From the NCBI GenBank assembly GCA_027621385.1, contig JAQCBQ010000003.1, positions 1 to 34,302 on the forward strand: a stretch of 34,302 bases of DNA, written 5' to 3'. The DNA is from Bacteroidota bacterium (GTDB taxonomy: Bacteria; Bacteroidota; Bacteroidia; CAIKAF01). Each line of letters starts with the position of its first letter. The stretch's first letter is position 1. The notes below the pieces were generated by a model. It was given only the letters and a program-made list of their open reading frames with translations. It had not been told where the DNA came from and did not search any database. Made by a program: the position numbers and the translations under genes. Below, piece by piece: positions 1 to 9,530 of the stretch.

Positions 1-972
1 CGCGATTTGATTGAAAAGGCCCGCAAATCTTCGCTGTTTGATTACCAGGGCAAACCCCTGGTGTTTATTGATGAAATTCACCGCTTTAATAAAAGCCAGC
101 AAGACGGACTGCTGGCCGCCGTGGAACAAGGCCTGTTTACGCTGATTGGCGCTACCACCGAAAACCCTTCCTTTGAACTGAATTCGGCCCTGCTGAGCCG
201 TTGCCAGGTGCTGACCTTGCAGCCGCTGAGCCGGGAGGATTTGCTGGAAGTGCTTCAACGCGCCCTGAATACGGATGCCTGGCTGCTCGAACGGCAGGTG
301 GATTTGCTGCAGCCCGATGCCCTGCTGCAGGCCGGCGGCGGCGATGCCCGACGCATGCTGAATGCCCTGGAAATGGCCGTGAATTATGCCTTTGACGGAG
401 AAAAGGCCCGAATTGATGGTGCGGTGCTGTCGGCCGCCCTGCAAGACCCCCGCTGGCGCTACGATAAATCGGGCGAGATGCACTACGATGTGGTTTCGGC
501 CTTTATTAAAAGCCTGCGCGGGTCAGATGTGCAAGCGGGGCTGTACTGGCTGGCCCGCATGCTGCACGGAGGCGAAAAGCCGGAATTCATTGCCCGCCGC
601 ATGCTGATTTTGGCCTCGGAAGACATTGGAATGGCTAACCCCAACGCTCTGCTGCTGGCTCAGGCTTGCCTGGATTCAGTGAAAGCCATTGGCATGCCCG
701 AATCGCGCATTATTTTGTCGCAAGTGGCGGTGTACCTGGCAAAATCGGCCAAATCGAATGCCTCTTACCTGGCCATTGATCGGGCACTGGATTTTGTGCG
801 GCAAACCGGCGACCTGCCGGTCCCCCTGCACTTAAGAAACGCCCCCACCGATTGGATGAAAAAGGAAGGCTATGGCAAAGGTTACCTGTACCCTCACGAT
901 TTTCCGGGAGGACAGGTGCCTCAACAATACGGCCCCGATGAGACGGAGTTGCCGCCGTTTTTTGAGGGCTGA
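1..972 (+). CDS. rarA: Replication-associated recombination protein A (RarA/MgsA AAA+ ATPase), 5'-truncated by the window edge
   Basis: Walker B VFIDEIHRFNKSQQD, GATTENPSF, YDKSGEMHYDVVSAFIKSLRGSD, ASEDIGMANP and VPLHLRNAPT motifs. The frame is open from base 1, so the TTG at 7 is not the real start. Confidence 0.95.
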   Translation, partial: RDLIEKARKSSLFDYQGKPLVFIDEIHRFNKSQQDGLLAAVEQGLFTLIGATTENPSFELNSALLSRCQVLTLQPLSREDLLEVLQRALNTDAWLLERQVDLLQPDALLQAGGGDARRMLNALEMAVNYAFDGEKARIDGAVLSAALQDPRWRYDKSGEMHYDVVSAFIKSLRGSDVQAGLYWLARMLHGGEKPEFIARRMLILASEDIGMANPNALLLAQACLDSVKAIGMPESRIILSQVAVYLAKSAKSNASYLAIDRALDFVRQTGDLPVPLHLRNAPTDWMKKEGYGKGYLYPHDFPGGQVPQQYGPDETELPPFFEG

Positions 973-980
973 ACCGCTGG

Positions 981-1014
981 ATTGGGCATAAGGCTCTCCA
1001 TGGCTATGCCCAAT
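981..1014. repeat. 10-bp perfect inverted repeat (ATTGGGCATA-N14-TATGCCCAAT) between rarA and the next promoter
   Basis: Arms at 981-990 and 1005-1014. No U-tract follows, so the function (operator or hairpin) is unclear. Confidence 0.5.
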
Positions 1015-1033
1015 GCACTGCTCAAAATTTATG

Positions 1034-1041
1034 TACCTTTA
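1034..1041 (+). promoter_or_regulatory. Candidate Bacteroidota -7 promoter element (TACCTTTA) just upstream of the ATG at 1046
   Basis: One-mismatch variant of TAnnTTTG; the same octamer and spacing occur before the metB-family gene. Confidence 0.5.
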
Positions 1042-1045
1042 ATCT

Positions 1046-2635
1046 ATGAGAAAATATGTTTTTTTCTTGGGCATGCTGCTGGGGCTGGTCGCCTGCAATC
1101 CCTCCGAAACCAACTGGGAGGTGGAGGCCTTAGCTCCGCTGATGCACAGCCGAATGACCATTCAAAATTTGGTGGGCGATTCTTCGGTGGCCGTTGATCC
1201 CAACGGTGATTTGATTCTGGAAATTCAGGGCAATGCCCTTCCGCTGAATTTGGATACGCTGTCGGCGTTCCGAACCTTGGCGGTAAACGATACTTTTTAT
1301 TGGGACTATCCGGCCATTACCATTTATCCGGGCATTGATATGCAGCTGCCGCCCATTTATATGAATTTTTATGTGCCCAATGCGGAAATGGTGGAGGCAC
1401 TGATGGAAGGTGGAAAAATCGATGTAGCAGTAACTTCATCCATTCCCCGTAAAATGAATTTTAGGTACGGGATTCCCATGGCTCGGTTGAACGGTCAGCC
1501 GATTGGGTTTTCGGGAAGTTTGGCGGCCTGGCAGCCCGGACAAAATCCGGTGGCCCTTAGCCGCTCCTTCAATTTGGCAGGCCATAAACTGGATTTGCGC
1601 GGGTTGGATTTGACGGGCTCAAACCGCCTGGAAATTCTGGTGGTGCCCTCCATTGCGGCCGGAGAGGAGCCATTGAATGTTCAGCAAGGCCAGGCGCTGT
1701 TTACCATTTCTACCCAGTTTACAGATATGGATCCCCTGTGGCTGCGGGGCGCGTTTTTATCGCAAGATTTGGACATTCCCGCTTCCTTGACGGCCATTCC
1801 TGAACTCAGCAAATTATCGGCCGATGCGGTTCAATTTGATCGGGCCAGTTTGGTGCTGCGGCTTGAAAATACGCTGGGTGCTGAACTCAAGGTCCGACCT
1901 CGGAGGTTCTGGGCAGAGCGGAGTCAAACCGGAGCTCAGGTAGATTTGCAGCATGCGATAATCAACAAAAATGTATGGATAGATCGGGCAGTTTGGAATG
2001 GAGGGGTTGGAGCACCTGCTCCCAAAACGTATTCTTGGGAAATCAACCATCAAAACTCCAACATCCTTGATTTTTTGTCGGCCATGCCTGATAAAATTGG
2101 GGTAGAGGTGGATGTCAGCGTTAATCCCATGGGGAATACGGCAGGTTTTATGGATTTTGTGTATCCGGATGCGCTCCCTAAATTCAGCATTGATGCCCGA
2201 TTGCCCTTGAAGTTTGCGGCTCAGAATTTGGCTTTTTCCGATACGGTGGCCTGGACCTTGCAGGAATCGGAATACGAAGCTCTTAAAAGCGCCACTCTGT
2301 GGCTGAAGGGGGAAACCATGTTTCCTTTTGAAACTCGTTTGCTGCTTGAAATGCTGGACGGTAGCGGACAGGTTTTAGACACCTTGATTCAGAATGTGGT
2401 GGTTCCTGCCGGTCAATTGAATCCCAATACAGGTCAGGTGGAACAGGCCATGGCTTTCAATCAGAGCGTAGAGCTTACCGAGGCCCGGCTTCAGGTTCTG
2501 AAACAAACCGAATTTTTTAAGCTTAGGGCTTTTTTCAATACGCCCCCCGGAGGCAATGTGGTTTCCATGAAGAGCCATTATTACATGGATTTTAAATTGG
2601 TGGCCCGGGCCGGAATCAATATTGGATTTAACTGA
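1046..2635 (+). CDS. Uncharacterised beta-rich outer-membrane lipoprotein (529 aa)
   Basis: Signal peptide II MRKYVFFLGMLLGLVA-C; long ORF; stop overlaps the next ATG (TGATG). Confidence 0.8.
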   Translation: MRKYVFFLGMLLGLVACNPSETNWEVEALAPLMHSRMTIQNLVGDSSVAVDPNGDLILEIQGNALPLNLDTLSAFRTLAVNDTFYWDYPAITIYPGIDMQLPPIYMNFYVPNAEMVEALMEGGKIDVAVTSSIPRKMNFRYGIPMARLNGQPIGFSGSLAAWQPGQNPVALSRSFNLAGHKLDLRGLDLTGSNRLEILVVPSIAAGEEPLNVQQGQALFTISTQFTDMDPLWLRGAFLSQDLDIPASLTAIPELSKLSADAVQFDRASLVLRLENTLGAELKVRPRRFWAERSQTGAQVDLQHAIINKNVWIDRAVWNGGVGAPAPKTYSWEINHQNSNILDFLSAMPDKIGVEVDVSVNPMGNTAGFMDFVYPDALPKFSIDARLPLKFAAQNLAFSDTVAWTLQESEYEALKSATLWLKGETMFPFETRLLLEMLDGSGQVLDTLIQNVVVPAGQLNPNTGQVEQAMAFNQSVELTEARLQVLKQTEFFKLRAFFNTPPGGNVVSMKSHYYMDFKLVARAGINIGFN

Positions 2636-3885
2636 TGAACCCCATTCCTTTTTTATTTCCCCTGTTTGGTTGGTTTGGTACTCAGGCAAGACCTGATTTT
2701 TTTCAAGACCGGTATTCCAGTTTGGGGCAGGTGAGCCTGTATTCTGAGGGCAATTTTGAGTCGAGCCACATGAACGGCTGGTTTGTTTCTCAAGCCTTGA
2801 TTGGGCGCTCGTTTACTCAGGCTGATATGATGTCGGTGCAGGCCGATGGACAGGGTTATGCGTCAGGTCGCTGGGAAACCGGCTTTCGCTATTGGAGTTT
2901 GGATTCGGCCTTTGGAGGTGGCGCCTGGCGGCATTCGCTGGGATTTTCAAATACTTGGCAGGGCTATGCCTCCTACGATGCTGATTTGTTTGGATTGATT
3001 AGCCGAGGCAATGCGCCCTTCGCCGGCCAATCCCTGCCCTTGAATTCCAGCACGGGTTTTTTGACCAATTATCAAACCATTGATTTTTCATTGGCTCGGC
3101 CTTTCCATGGGCCGAACGCCTCTTGGTTTATCGGCTTTGGGCTGGGATTTGTGAACGGGAGTTTTTTTCGCGATGCCCAAATGCAAGGAGGGAGTTTCTA
3201 CACCCACCCCGAGGGTGACGAACTGCGGCTGGGCATGAACCAGGTGCAGCTTCGGGCCTCTGACCCTTCAGGCTCCGCTTTTTTGTACCCGGCGGGTTTG
3301 GGTTTTTCGTTTCGGGGAAGCCTGGAATACCAGCATAAGAAAGGCCATGTTGTTTCTTTTTCCGTTCAGGACGCCGGATTGATGTTTTGGAATCGACAGG
3401 GACAAACGATTGAACTGGATTCGGAACTGGTGTGGTCAGGCTTTGAGGTTCCAAACATTGCCGAGGTGGCTGAGACCTTGTTTCAAGATCAATTGGATAG
3501 CATTGCAGGGGATTTGGTGGTTTTAGACCAACGCCGTTCGTTTGAAACCATGCTGCCCGTCGGAATGCGGCTGGGGTACGGCCGCCGGCTGTTTCAGAAT
3601 ACCGCTTTGCTTCAGGCTCAAATGTACTATGCTCCCTATTGCATGCCCATTCCAGAACTGGAATTGGCTTTTTATTATTTGGGCAAAGGGCGCTTGAATG
3701 CCGGCATTAGCGCATCGGGTGGGGGAGTATGCCTTTGGAAAATAGGGCTTAATGTTGGAGTAGATGCAGGGAAGGGTTGGGCCTTTCAGCTGTTTACCCG
3801 CAATGCCGAATCCATTTGGCCCAATGCCGCCGGTCGCGGATTCTCGGCCGGATTTCAGATTAGTAAACGCATGTTGAAATCGTAA
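2635..3885 (+). CDS. Putative outer-membrane beta-barrel protein, DUF5723-like
   Basis: Alternating aromatic/Gly beta-strand pattern; segments LISRGNAPFAGQ, GLGFSFRGSLEY, SFSVQDAGLMFW and TMLP resemble DUF5723 proteins (from memory). Confidence 0.6.
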   Translation: MNPIPFLFPLFGWFGTQARPDFFQDRYSSLGQVSLYSEGNFESSHMNGWFVSQALIGRSFTQADMMSVQADGQGYASGRWETGFRYWSLDSAFGGGAWRHSLGFSNTWQGYASYDADLFGLISRGNAPFAGQSLPLNSSTGFLTNYQTIDFSLARPFHGPNASWFIGFGLGFVNGSFFRDAQMQGGSFYTHPEGDELRLGMNQVQLRASDPSGSAFLYPAGLGFSFRGSLEYQHKKGHVVSFSVQDAGLMFWNRQGQTIELDSELVWSGFEVPNIAEVAETLFQDQLDSIAGDLVVLDQRRSFETMLPVGMRLGYGRRLFQNTALLQAQMYYAPYCMPIPELELAFYYLGKGRLNAGISASGGGVCLWKIGLNVGVDAGKGWAFQLFTRNAESIWPNAAGRGFSAGFQISKRMLKS

Positions 3886-3887
3886 CC

Positions 3888-5324
3888 ATGATTCGAACGG
3901 TATATCTTATCATTTTGGGCTTGACATGGAGCTGGTTTTTGATGCCGGCCTGGGGTCAAAGCACTTGGTTTAAAACCTTTAGTTGGGAGCCTTACAGTTC
4001 CGGGAAAACCGTGCTGGCCACCCGCGACAGCAGTTTGGTTTTTGCCGGCATTACCCAATCCAACCAAGGCGATGCCTTTTTGGCGGGGGCCGATTCCTTG
4101 GGAAATCCCTTGTGGTTTAAAACCTTGGGTGGGGCCGGTCAAGATGCTTTGAACTACTCCGTTTGGAATTCAGATTCCACCGTTTGGGCCTTGTTGGGAC
4201 AAACCAACAGCTACGGGCAAGGCGGTTACGATGCCTGGTTGGTTTTGGCAAATTCCAGCGGAGATACCCTGAAAACAATGACCTTTGGAGGCAGCGGCTG
4301 GGATTTTGGTCGGGGAATATTTCGAGATTCTGACGGCAATTTTTTGGTGCTGCTGCACACCTACAGCAGCGGAGATGGGGGAGGAGATGTGCGTCTGGTT
4401 CTACTTACGGATGCTGGCGATGTTTTACGCGATACCACTTGGGAGCAGAATGGGGTTGATGCTCAACCCAATGCCGCCCATCAATCTCCTTCCGGAAATT
4501 GGCTGATTGGAGGAAGCTATTTTCCGGGCCAGGTCGGAGAAAGCGATGTGTTTGCCTCGGTGGTTCAGCCCTACAATCTGTCTGCCGATACCACCATCTT
4601 TTCTGGCGCTCTCGATGAAGATGAGGTCTATTCCATTTGCCCCTTCATCAGCAATTCTGGCGCATTTTCTTGGCTGTTGAGCGGAAACATGAAGGATGCG
4701 CAGGGGCGTTGGAAAAATTATTTGTGGCGCATCAGCGAGCAGGGGGAAGATATTGGTCGCTTGAATTTGGGATTATCGGGCAGCACAGAACGCCGGCAAT
4801 CCCATACCGGTTATTATGCCGATGGGGGAGTTCAATTTACATTTTCAAGCCGATATGCCGACGACAGCTGGGATGTCTCTTTTGATAAAACCCAATATAT
4901 GAATTACCTGATGGGCACCTTATCGGCCCGGTACGGATACCAAAAAATGGCGGGCTATACCCAAATTTGGGATCAGGGTTTTATTGTGGTGGGTGAGAGC
5001 AATGAATATAGTTTAGGTCAGACTTCGGCCTTTTTAACCCGCTTTGGTTTTGATGGCAGTTGTGCCTTATCAACCACGCTAGGGCAGGAGTCGGTTCAGC
5101 CCTTAACTGGGCGCCTGTATCCCAATCCAGCTCAGGACAAGGTGCATATTGAGGGAATTCCACCGGGAACACCCTACCGCTGGGTTTCGATGAGCGGTCA
5201 AGAGCTAAAACAGGGGATTTTAACCCAATCCTTTCTGGAGAAACCAACTGAAACCGCAGATTTTATTCAACTAATTTTTGATATTAACGGAAACGGCCTT
5301 ACATTTAAGGTTAAATTTCGTTAA
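3888..5324 (+). CDS. Secreted protein with W-x-K-T-x-GG beta-propeller-like repeats and a degenerate T9SS C-terminal sorting domain
   Basis: Sec signal ending AWG-Q; repeats WFKTFS, WFKTLGGAGQD, TMTFGGSGWD; CTD motif LYPNPAQDKVHI and a basic C-terminus (TFKVKFR). Confidence 0.75.
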   Translation: MIRTVYLIILGLTWSWFLMPAWGQSTWFKTFSWEPYSSGKTVLATRDSSLVFAGITQSNQGDAFLAGADSLGNPLWFKTLGGAGQDALNYSVWNSDSTVWALLGQTNSYGQGGYDAWLVLANSSGDTLKTMTFGGSGWDFGRGIFRDSDGNFLVLLHTYSSGDGGGDVRLVLLTDAGDVLRDTTWEQNGVDAQPNAAHQSPSGNWLIGGSYFPGQVGESDVFASVVQPYNLSADTTIFSGALDEDEVYSICPFISNSGAFSWLLSGNMKDAQGRWKNYLWRISEQGEDIGRLNLGLSGSTERRQSHTGYYADGGVQFTFSSRYADDSWDVSFDKTQYMNYLMGTLSARYGYQKMAGYTQIWDQGFIVVGESNEYSLGQTSAFLTRFGFDGSCALSTTLGQESVQPLTGRLYPNPAQDKVHIEGIPPGTPYRWVSMSGQELKQGILTQSFLEKPTETADFIQLIFDINGNGLTFKVKFR

Positions 5325-5326
5325 GA

Positions 5327-5860
5327 GTGCTGCGTATAACTTTCTTATTGTGTGTGTTGGTTTGGTTTGGCTGTGATAGTGCCCGCAACGTTCAATACAA
5401 AGAACTTTCTGCTCTCCGTGAAAAAATCATGGAAGACAACATCAATGGCTTGACTGGTCCTGCACAACGCAGCTTGTGGATGGATTTTTCCAGCAAAGCC
5501 ATGGCATTTTACCGGGCCTATCCCACCGATTCCTCGGCCCCTTCCTTGTTGTTTAACGCCGCTGAATTGTATTTTAAAGCCAACGAAGCCGATTCAGCCC
5601 TGATGGCGGTGGGGATTTTAGATTCTTTTCCTCAGTTTTCCAGAAAGCCAGATCTGTTGTACCTGCGCGGTCAGATTCATCAAATGCTGTTTTTGGACTA
5701 TGATAAGGCCGAGCAGTATTTTTCCCAACTCGTGCAGGAGTATCCAAACCACCCTGCCTCGGCTTCAGCCATCACCTCGTTGGCGGTACTAAAGACCTTG
5801 AACGAGGTTGAGGCAGATAGCCTTGAATTTACTGCAGACAGCCTTCCGTATCAGCCTTAG
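5327..5860 (+). CDS. TPR-repeat lipoprotein (GTG start)
   Basis: Lipobox VWFG-C; TPR-like helices APSLLFNAAELY, LLYLRGQIH and AEQYFSQLVQEYPNHPAS. Confidence 0.75.
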   Translation: MLRITFLLCVLVWFGCDSARNVQYKELSALREKIMEDNINGLTGPAQRSLWMDFSSKAMAFYRAYPTDSSAPSLLFNAAELYFKANEADSALMAVGILDSFPQFSRKPDLLYLRGQIHQMLFLDYDKAEQYFSQLVQEYPNHPASASAITSLAVLKTLNEVEADSLEFTADSLPYQP

Positions 5861-5867
5861 AATTGCC

Positions 5868-5875
5868 TACCTTTA
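5868..5875 (+). promoter_or_regulatory. Candidate -7 promoter element (TACCTTTA) directly before the ATG at 5880
   Basis: TAnnTTTG-like octamer separated from the ATG by 4 nt, within a 19-nt intergenic gap. Confidence 0.5.
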
Positions 5876-5879
5876 AGGC

Positions 5880-7025
5880 ATGAAAAAATCGACCCTTTGC
5901 GTGCATGCAGGCCATGAGCCTGAACCTGTAACCGGAGCCGTCATGCCACCGGTATTTTTCACTTCAACCTATGTTCAACAAGCTCCGGGTGAGCATCAAG
6001 GTTATGATTATTCTAGGGCAGGGAATCCCAGCCGTACCGTTTTAGAAAAGGCCCTGGCTGAATTGGAAGGTGGAACTCATGGCTTTTGTTTTTCATCTGG
6101 AATGGGAGCCGTTGATGCCGTATTGAAGACCCTTTCTACTGGCGACCACGTGGTGGCCATGAACGATTTGTATGGGGGAACATACCGTTTGTTTCGTCAA
6201 TCTTACGAGAAACTTGGCATTTCATTTTCATTTATTGGTTGTTCTTCTGAGGCCGAAATTGAATCGGCCATTCAGCCCGGAACCAAATTGATGTGGATTG
6301 AAACCCCAACCAACCCTACGCTGACGGTGGTAGATATTGCCCTATGCGCCTCCATCTGCAAGCGCCATGGCATCACTTTGGTGGTGGACAATACTTTTGC
6401 TTCTCCGATGCTTCAAAGCCCATTGGCCTTGGGAGCCAACATTGTTATGCACTCCATGACAAAATACTTGGGTGGCCATTCCGATTTAATTATGGGGGGA
6501 TTGGTAACCAGCGATGCCGCCTTGGCTGAAGCGCTTTTTTTTAACCAAAAAAGTACCGGAGCCACTCCCGGCCCAATGGACTGCTATTTGGCGTTGAGGG
6601 GAATTAAAACACTGCATCTTAGAATGAAGGCCCACGTGGAGAATGCCCAACAGATTGCCTTATTTCTGCAGGCACATCCTAAGGTTTCAAGGGTGTTTTA
6701 TCCGGGTTTGCCTGAGCATCCCGGACATGGCATTGCATCAAGGCAAATGTCCGGTTTTGGAGGTATGCTTTCCTTTGAATTAAGTACCAACACCGAAGAA
6801 AATGCCAGAACGTTTTTATTGGGAACGAAGCTGTTTGTGTTGGCCGAATCGCTGGGCGGTGTCGAAAGTTTGGTCTCTCATCCAGCCAGCATGACCCACG
6901 CCAGCATTCCAAGAGAAATCCGGTTAAGAAATGGAGTTTCGGATGGATTAATCCGGTTGTCGGTAGGCATTGAGGATGCCCAAGACTTAATTCAGGATTT
7001 GGAAACAGCCTTATCGGCCTGCTGA
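5880..7025 (+). CDS. metB: Cystathionine gamma-synthase/gamma-lyase (Cys/Met PLP-dependent family)
   Basis: YDYSRAGNP, ETPTNP, VVDNTF, PLP-lysine motif SMTKYLGGHSD, AESLGGVESL and IRLSVGIE. Synthase versus lyase specificity cannot be resolved from the sequence. Confidence 0.85.
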   Translation: MKKSTLCVHAGHEPEPVTGAVMPPVFFTSTYVQQAPGEHQGYDYSRAGNPSRTVLEKALAELEGGTHGFCFSSGMGAVDAVLKTLSTGDHVVAMNDLYGGTYRLFRQSYEKLGISFSFIGCSSEAEIESAIQPGTKLMWIETPTNPTLTVVDIALCASICKRHGITLVVDNTFASPMLQSPLALGANIVMHSMTKYLGGHSDLIMGGLVTSDAALAEALFFNQKSTGATPGPMDCYLALRGIKTLHLRMKAHVENAQQIALFLQAHPKVSRVFYPGLPEHPGHGIASRQMSGFGGMLSFELSTNTEENARTFLLGTKLFVLAESLGGVESLVSHPASMTHASIPREIRLRNGVSDGLIRLSVGIEDAQDLIQDLETALSAC

Positions 7026-7034
7026 TTTGAAAAA

Positions 7035-7634
7035 TCAGCTCCCGCTTTTAATGGTTGGATATCCGTGCTTTAGGTGCCAATAATTCCAAAGGTAGCCCGT
7101 TGAGGCCCCAATGATTAGTCCTAAGGCAAATCCTCCAAGAACATCATAGGGATAATGCACTCCAAGGTAAATTCGGGAATACCCATTTAAAATGGGATAG
7201 GAAAACAAGAGCGCATTAAAGAGAAATTGGCGCTGGATGGGCATTTCATGCACCATTACTCCACTTATAGCCACCAATGTAGCGATCGCTGCTGAATTTG
7301 CTGCATGGGAGGAAACAAAGCCAAAACGTCCCCCACAGCCATCAATGACCCGAACCAAATGTCCATATTCCAAATTATGGCAAGGCCTGAATCGCTCAAA
7401 TACTTCCTTGAAACCGTGTACAGAAATAAAATCAGTCAAAAAAAGAGTAGATAAGGCAAAAAGAACAAATACGAAGACCTTTAATCCCAGTTTCCGAAAT
7501 CCCATTCCGAGAATCAAAACATAAAACCAAATCCAGGCGTATTTATTTGAAAACAGCAGCATGAATACATCCAATACCGGATGGTGAGCTCCGTTGATGA
7601 TGAAAAAGATATCCCTATCAACCTGCTCAATCAT
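7035..7634 (-). CDS. PAP2-family membrane phosphatase (lipid A or undecaprenyl-PP phosphatase-like)
   Basis: C1 [10 protein letters not shown]2 SSHA and C3 [13 protein letters not shown] motifs; several TM segments. Confidence 0.9.
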   Translation of the reverse strand: MIEQVDRDIFFIINGAHHPVLDVFMLLFSNKYAWIWFYVLILGMGFRKLGLKVFVFVLFALSTLFLTDFISVHGFKEVFERFRPCHNLEYGHLVRVIDGCGGRFGFVSSHAANSAAIATLVAISGVMVHEMPIQRQFLFNALLFSYPILNGYSRIYLGVHYPYDVLGGFALGLIIGASTGYLWNYWHLKHGYPTIKSGS

Positions 7635-8619
7635 GGTGCAAACTAGACCAAACGCTGTCTTTAAGTTCTTGAATACCCAATCCAGTTATGGAGGAAAAGA
7701 AAATGGGATTCAAATCTGAAAGTTGGGCTTTCATTTCGGTCATAAGCTCATTGTCCAATAAATCGGCCTTACTTACGCCTACGATTCGTTTCTTTAAGAG
7801 CAATTCCGGATTAAAGGCTTCAAGTTCCTTTAGCAAAATGGAATAGGTCTTTCTGGGGTCAGAGTCATCGGCAGGAATCAGAAACAACAAACTGCTGTTG
7901 CGTTCGATGTGCTTTAAGAAGCGTATTCCAAGGCCTTTACCTTCTGAGGCTCCTTCAATAATTCCAGGGATATCTGCCCAGACGAACGATTTGAAATCGC
8001 GGTATTCCACAATGCCCAAATTGGGTACCAAGGTGGTGAATGGATAATCTGCAATTTCAGGCTTGGCGGCAGAAACTACCGATAATAAGGTGGATTTGCC
8101 GGCATTTGGAAATCCAACCAATCCTACATCGGCCAATACCTTAAGCTCTAGAATTTTCCACACATCTTGACCTTCTTCGCCGGGTTGGGCAAATCGGGGC
8201 GTTTGTTGGGTGGCTGATTTAAAGTGGTTGTTGCCCATGCCGCCTCTGCCTCCGGGAACCAGAATGACCATTTGACCATCTTCGGTAATTTCGGCCTCTT
8301 GTTCCCCTGTTTCGGCGTCTCGAGCAATGGTGCCCAATGGAACCTCAAGCAGTACATCTGCACCATTTTTTCCATGCATCAATGCACCCAAACCCATCCC
8401 GCCCGGTTCGGCAATGACGTGCTTGCGGTACTTCAAGTGAAGCAAAGTCCAGTATTGTTTGTTGCCACGCAAAACGATATGCCCTCCTCGTCCTCCGTCT
8501 CCACCGTCAGGTCCACCTTTTGCCGTTAGTTTATCTCGATGGAAATGAACGGAACCGGCACCGCCTTTTCCGGATCGGCAGCAAATTTTCACATAATCAA
8601 CAAAGTTCGACCCCGCCAT
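7627..8619 (-). CDS. obgE: GTPase ObgE/CgtA
   Basis: Gly-rich Obg fold [12 protein letters not shown]; G1 [14 protein letters not shown] and DIPG motifs. Confidence 0.98.
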   Translation of the reverse strand: MAGSNFVDYVKICCRSGKGGAGSVHFHRDKLTAKGGPDGGDGGRGGHIVLRGNKQYWTLLHLKYRKHVIAEPGGMGLGALMHGKNGADVLLEVPLGTIARDAETGEQEAEITEDGQMVILVPGGRGGMGNNHFKSATQQTPRFAQPGEEGQDVWKILELKVLADVGLVGFPNAGKSTLLSVVSAAKPEIADYPFTTLVPNLGIVEYRDFKSFVWADIPGIIEGASEGKGLGIRFLKHIERNSSLLFLIPADDSDPRKTYSILLKELEAFNPELLLKKRIVGVSKADLLDNELMTEMKAQLSDLNPIFFSSITGLGIQELKDSVWSSLHHD

Positions 8620-8620
8620 G

Positions 8621-9451
8621 TTATTCTTTTCGTTTTGGTTCCTGAGGCGTTTTTGATCCTCCGGAATATTTTAATTCAGGGAATGCTTTGACAAATTCTT
8701 CATGGCATTTTCCAACGGCTACCATAACATCGTATGTGGTAGCCTGAGCCACAAATTCTGTCCCTAGATTGCAAAATTTCACGAATTCTTCTAAGTCTTC
8801 AGGGGCAAGCCCTGTAATGCGCTGAAGCATGTCGGGAGTTAATCTTGCCTGAGCTTTGGCCTCCATAACGTCGCCCGACATCAAATCTCTTAGCTTATCC
8901 ATTTCTTTGGCTTGCCGACTGAATTTTTCATACAGTTTGGTAAACGGACCGGATAAGAGAACTCCCGTTCCAGGTCTTGGACTGTAATAGCCTTGTCGAA
9001 GTCGCCCCTCAGCCAGTGAGCGCTCGTTTTCAGCTACCCCCATTTTGCGGATTTGTTCAATGACTCGGTCGTAGGTGAATTGATTGAATTTGTAGGCCTC
9101 CAAATCATAGACAATGGGCTTCAGCAAGGCATTGAATGAAAATATGGGGGTTTGGGTTTCTTGGGGTAGAAAAAACCGGGTTACTTCATAGCCAATGGCT
9201 TGAAATTCTAGGGTGTCGTTTCTGCGTACCAATAAATTGTAGTATCCTGTGCCATCAGAAATCACGCCTTGACGTGTTCTGGGATTAATAATATGAGCAA
9301 AGGGAATGGGGTACAGCGAGTCTGCGCGCAAAACATAACCTGAGATTTGAACCAAATCGCTGGAGGCTTCTTTGGTTTGCCCCCAGACGCTTGAAATTGT
9401 CAGCAGTAGCAATAACCAAACATGAAAGAGGAGGTTTCTTGACGGGGCCAT
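8621..9451 (-). CDS. Exported protein with a CarboxypepD_reg-like N-terminal domain
   Basis: Signal peptide from MAPSRN (ATG at 9451, preceded by TACCTTTG); [33 protein letters not shown] pattern. Confidence 0.75.
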   Translation of the reverse strand: MAPSRNLLFHVWLLLLLTISSVWGQTKEASSDLVQISGYVLRADSLYPIPFAHIINPRTRQGVISDGTGYYNLLVRRNDTLEFQAIGYEVTRFFLPQETQTPIFSFNALLKPIVYDLEAYKFNQFTYDRVIEQIRKMGVAENERSLAEGRLRQGYYSPRPGTGVLLSGPFTKLYEKFSRQAKEMDKLRDLMSGDVMEAKAQARLTPDMLQRITGLAPEDLEEFVKFCNLGTEFVAQATTYDVMVAVGKCHEEFVKAFPELKYSGGSKTPQEPKRKE

Positions 9452-9454
9452 GCA

Positions 9455-9462
9455 CAAAGGTA
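9455..9462 (-). promoter_or_regulatory. Consensus -7 promoter element TACCTTTG for the probable 9451-obgE-PAP2 transcript
   Basis: The minus strand reads TACCTTTG-TGC-ATG. Confidence 0.7.
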
Positions 9463-9530
9463 ATAAAGCTAAGGTTCTGTATGGTTTTGTTTTACCTGCC
9501 CAACAGGGTTTAGGTCTATTCCCTACTGAT

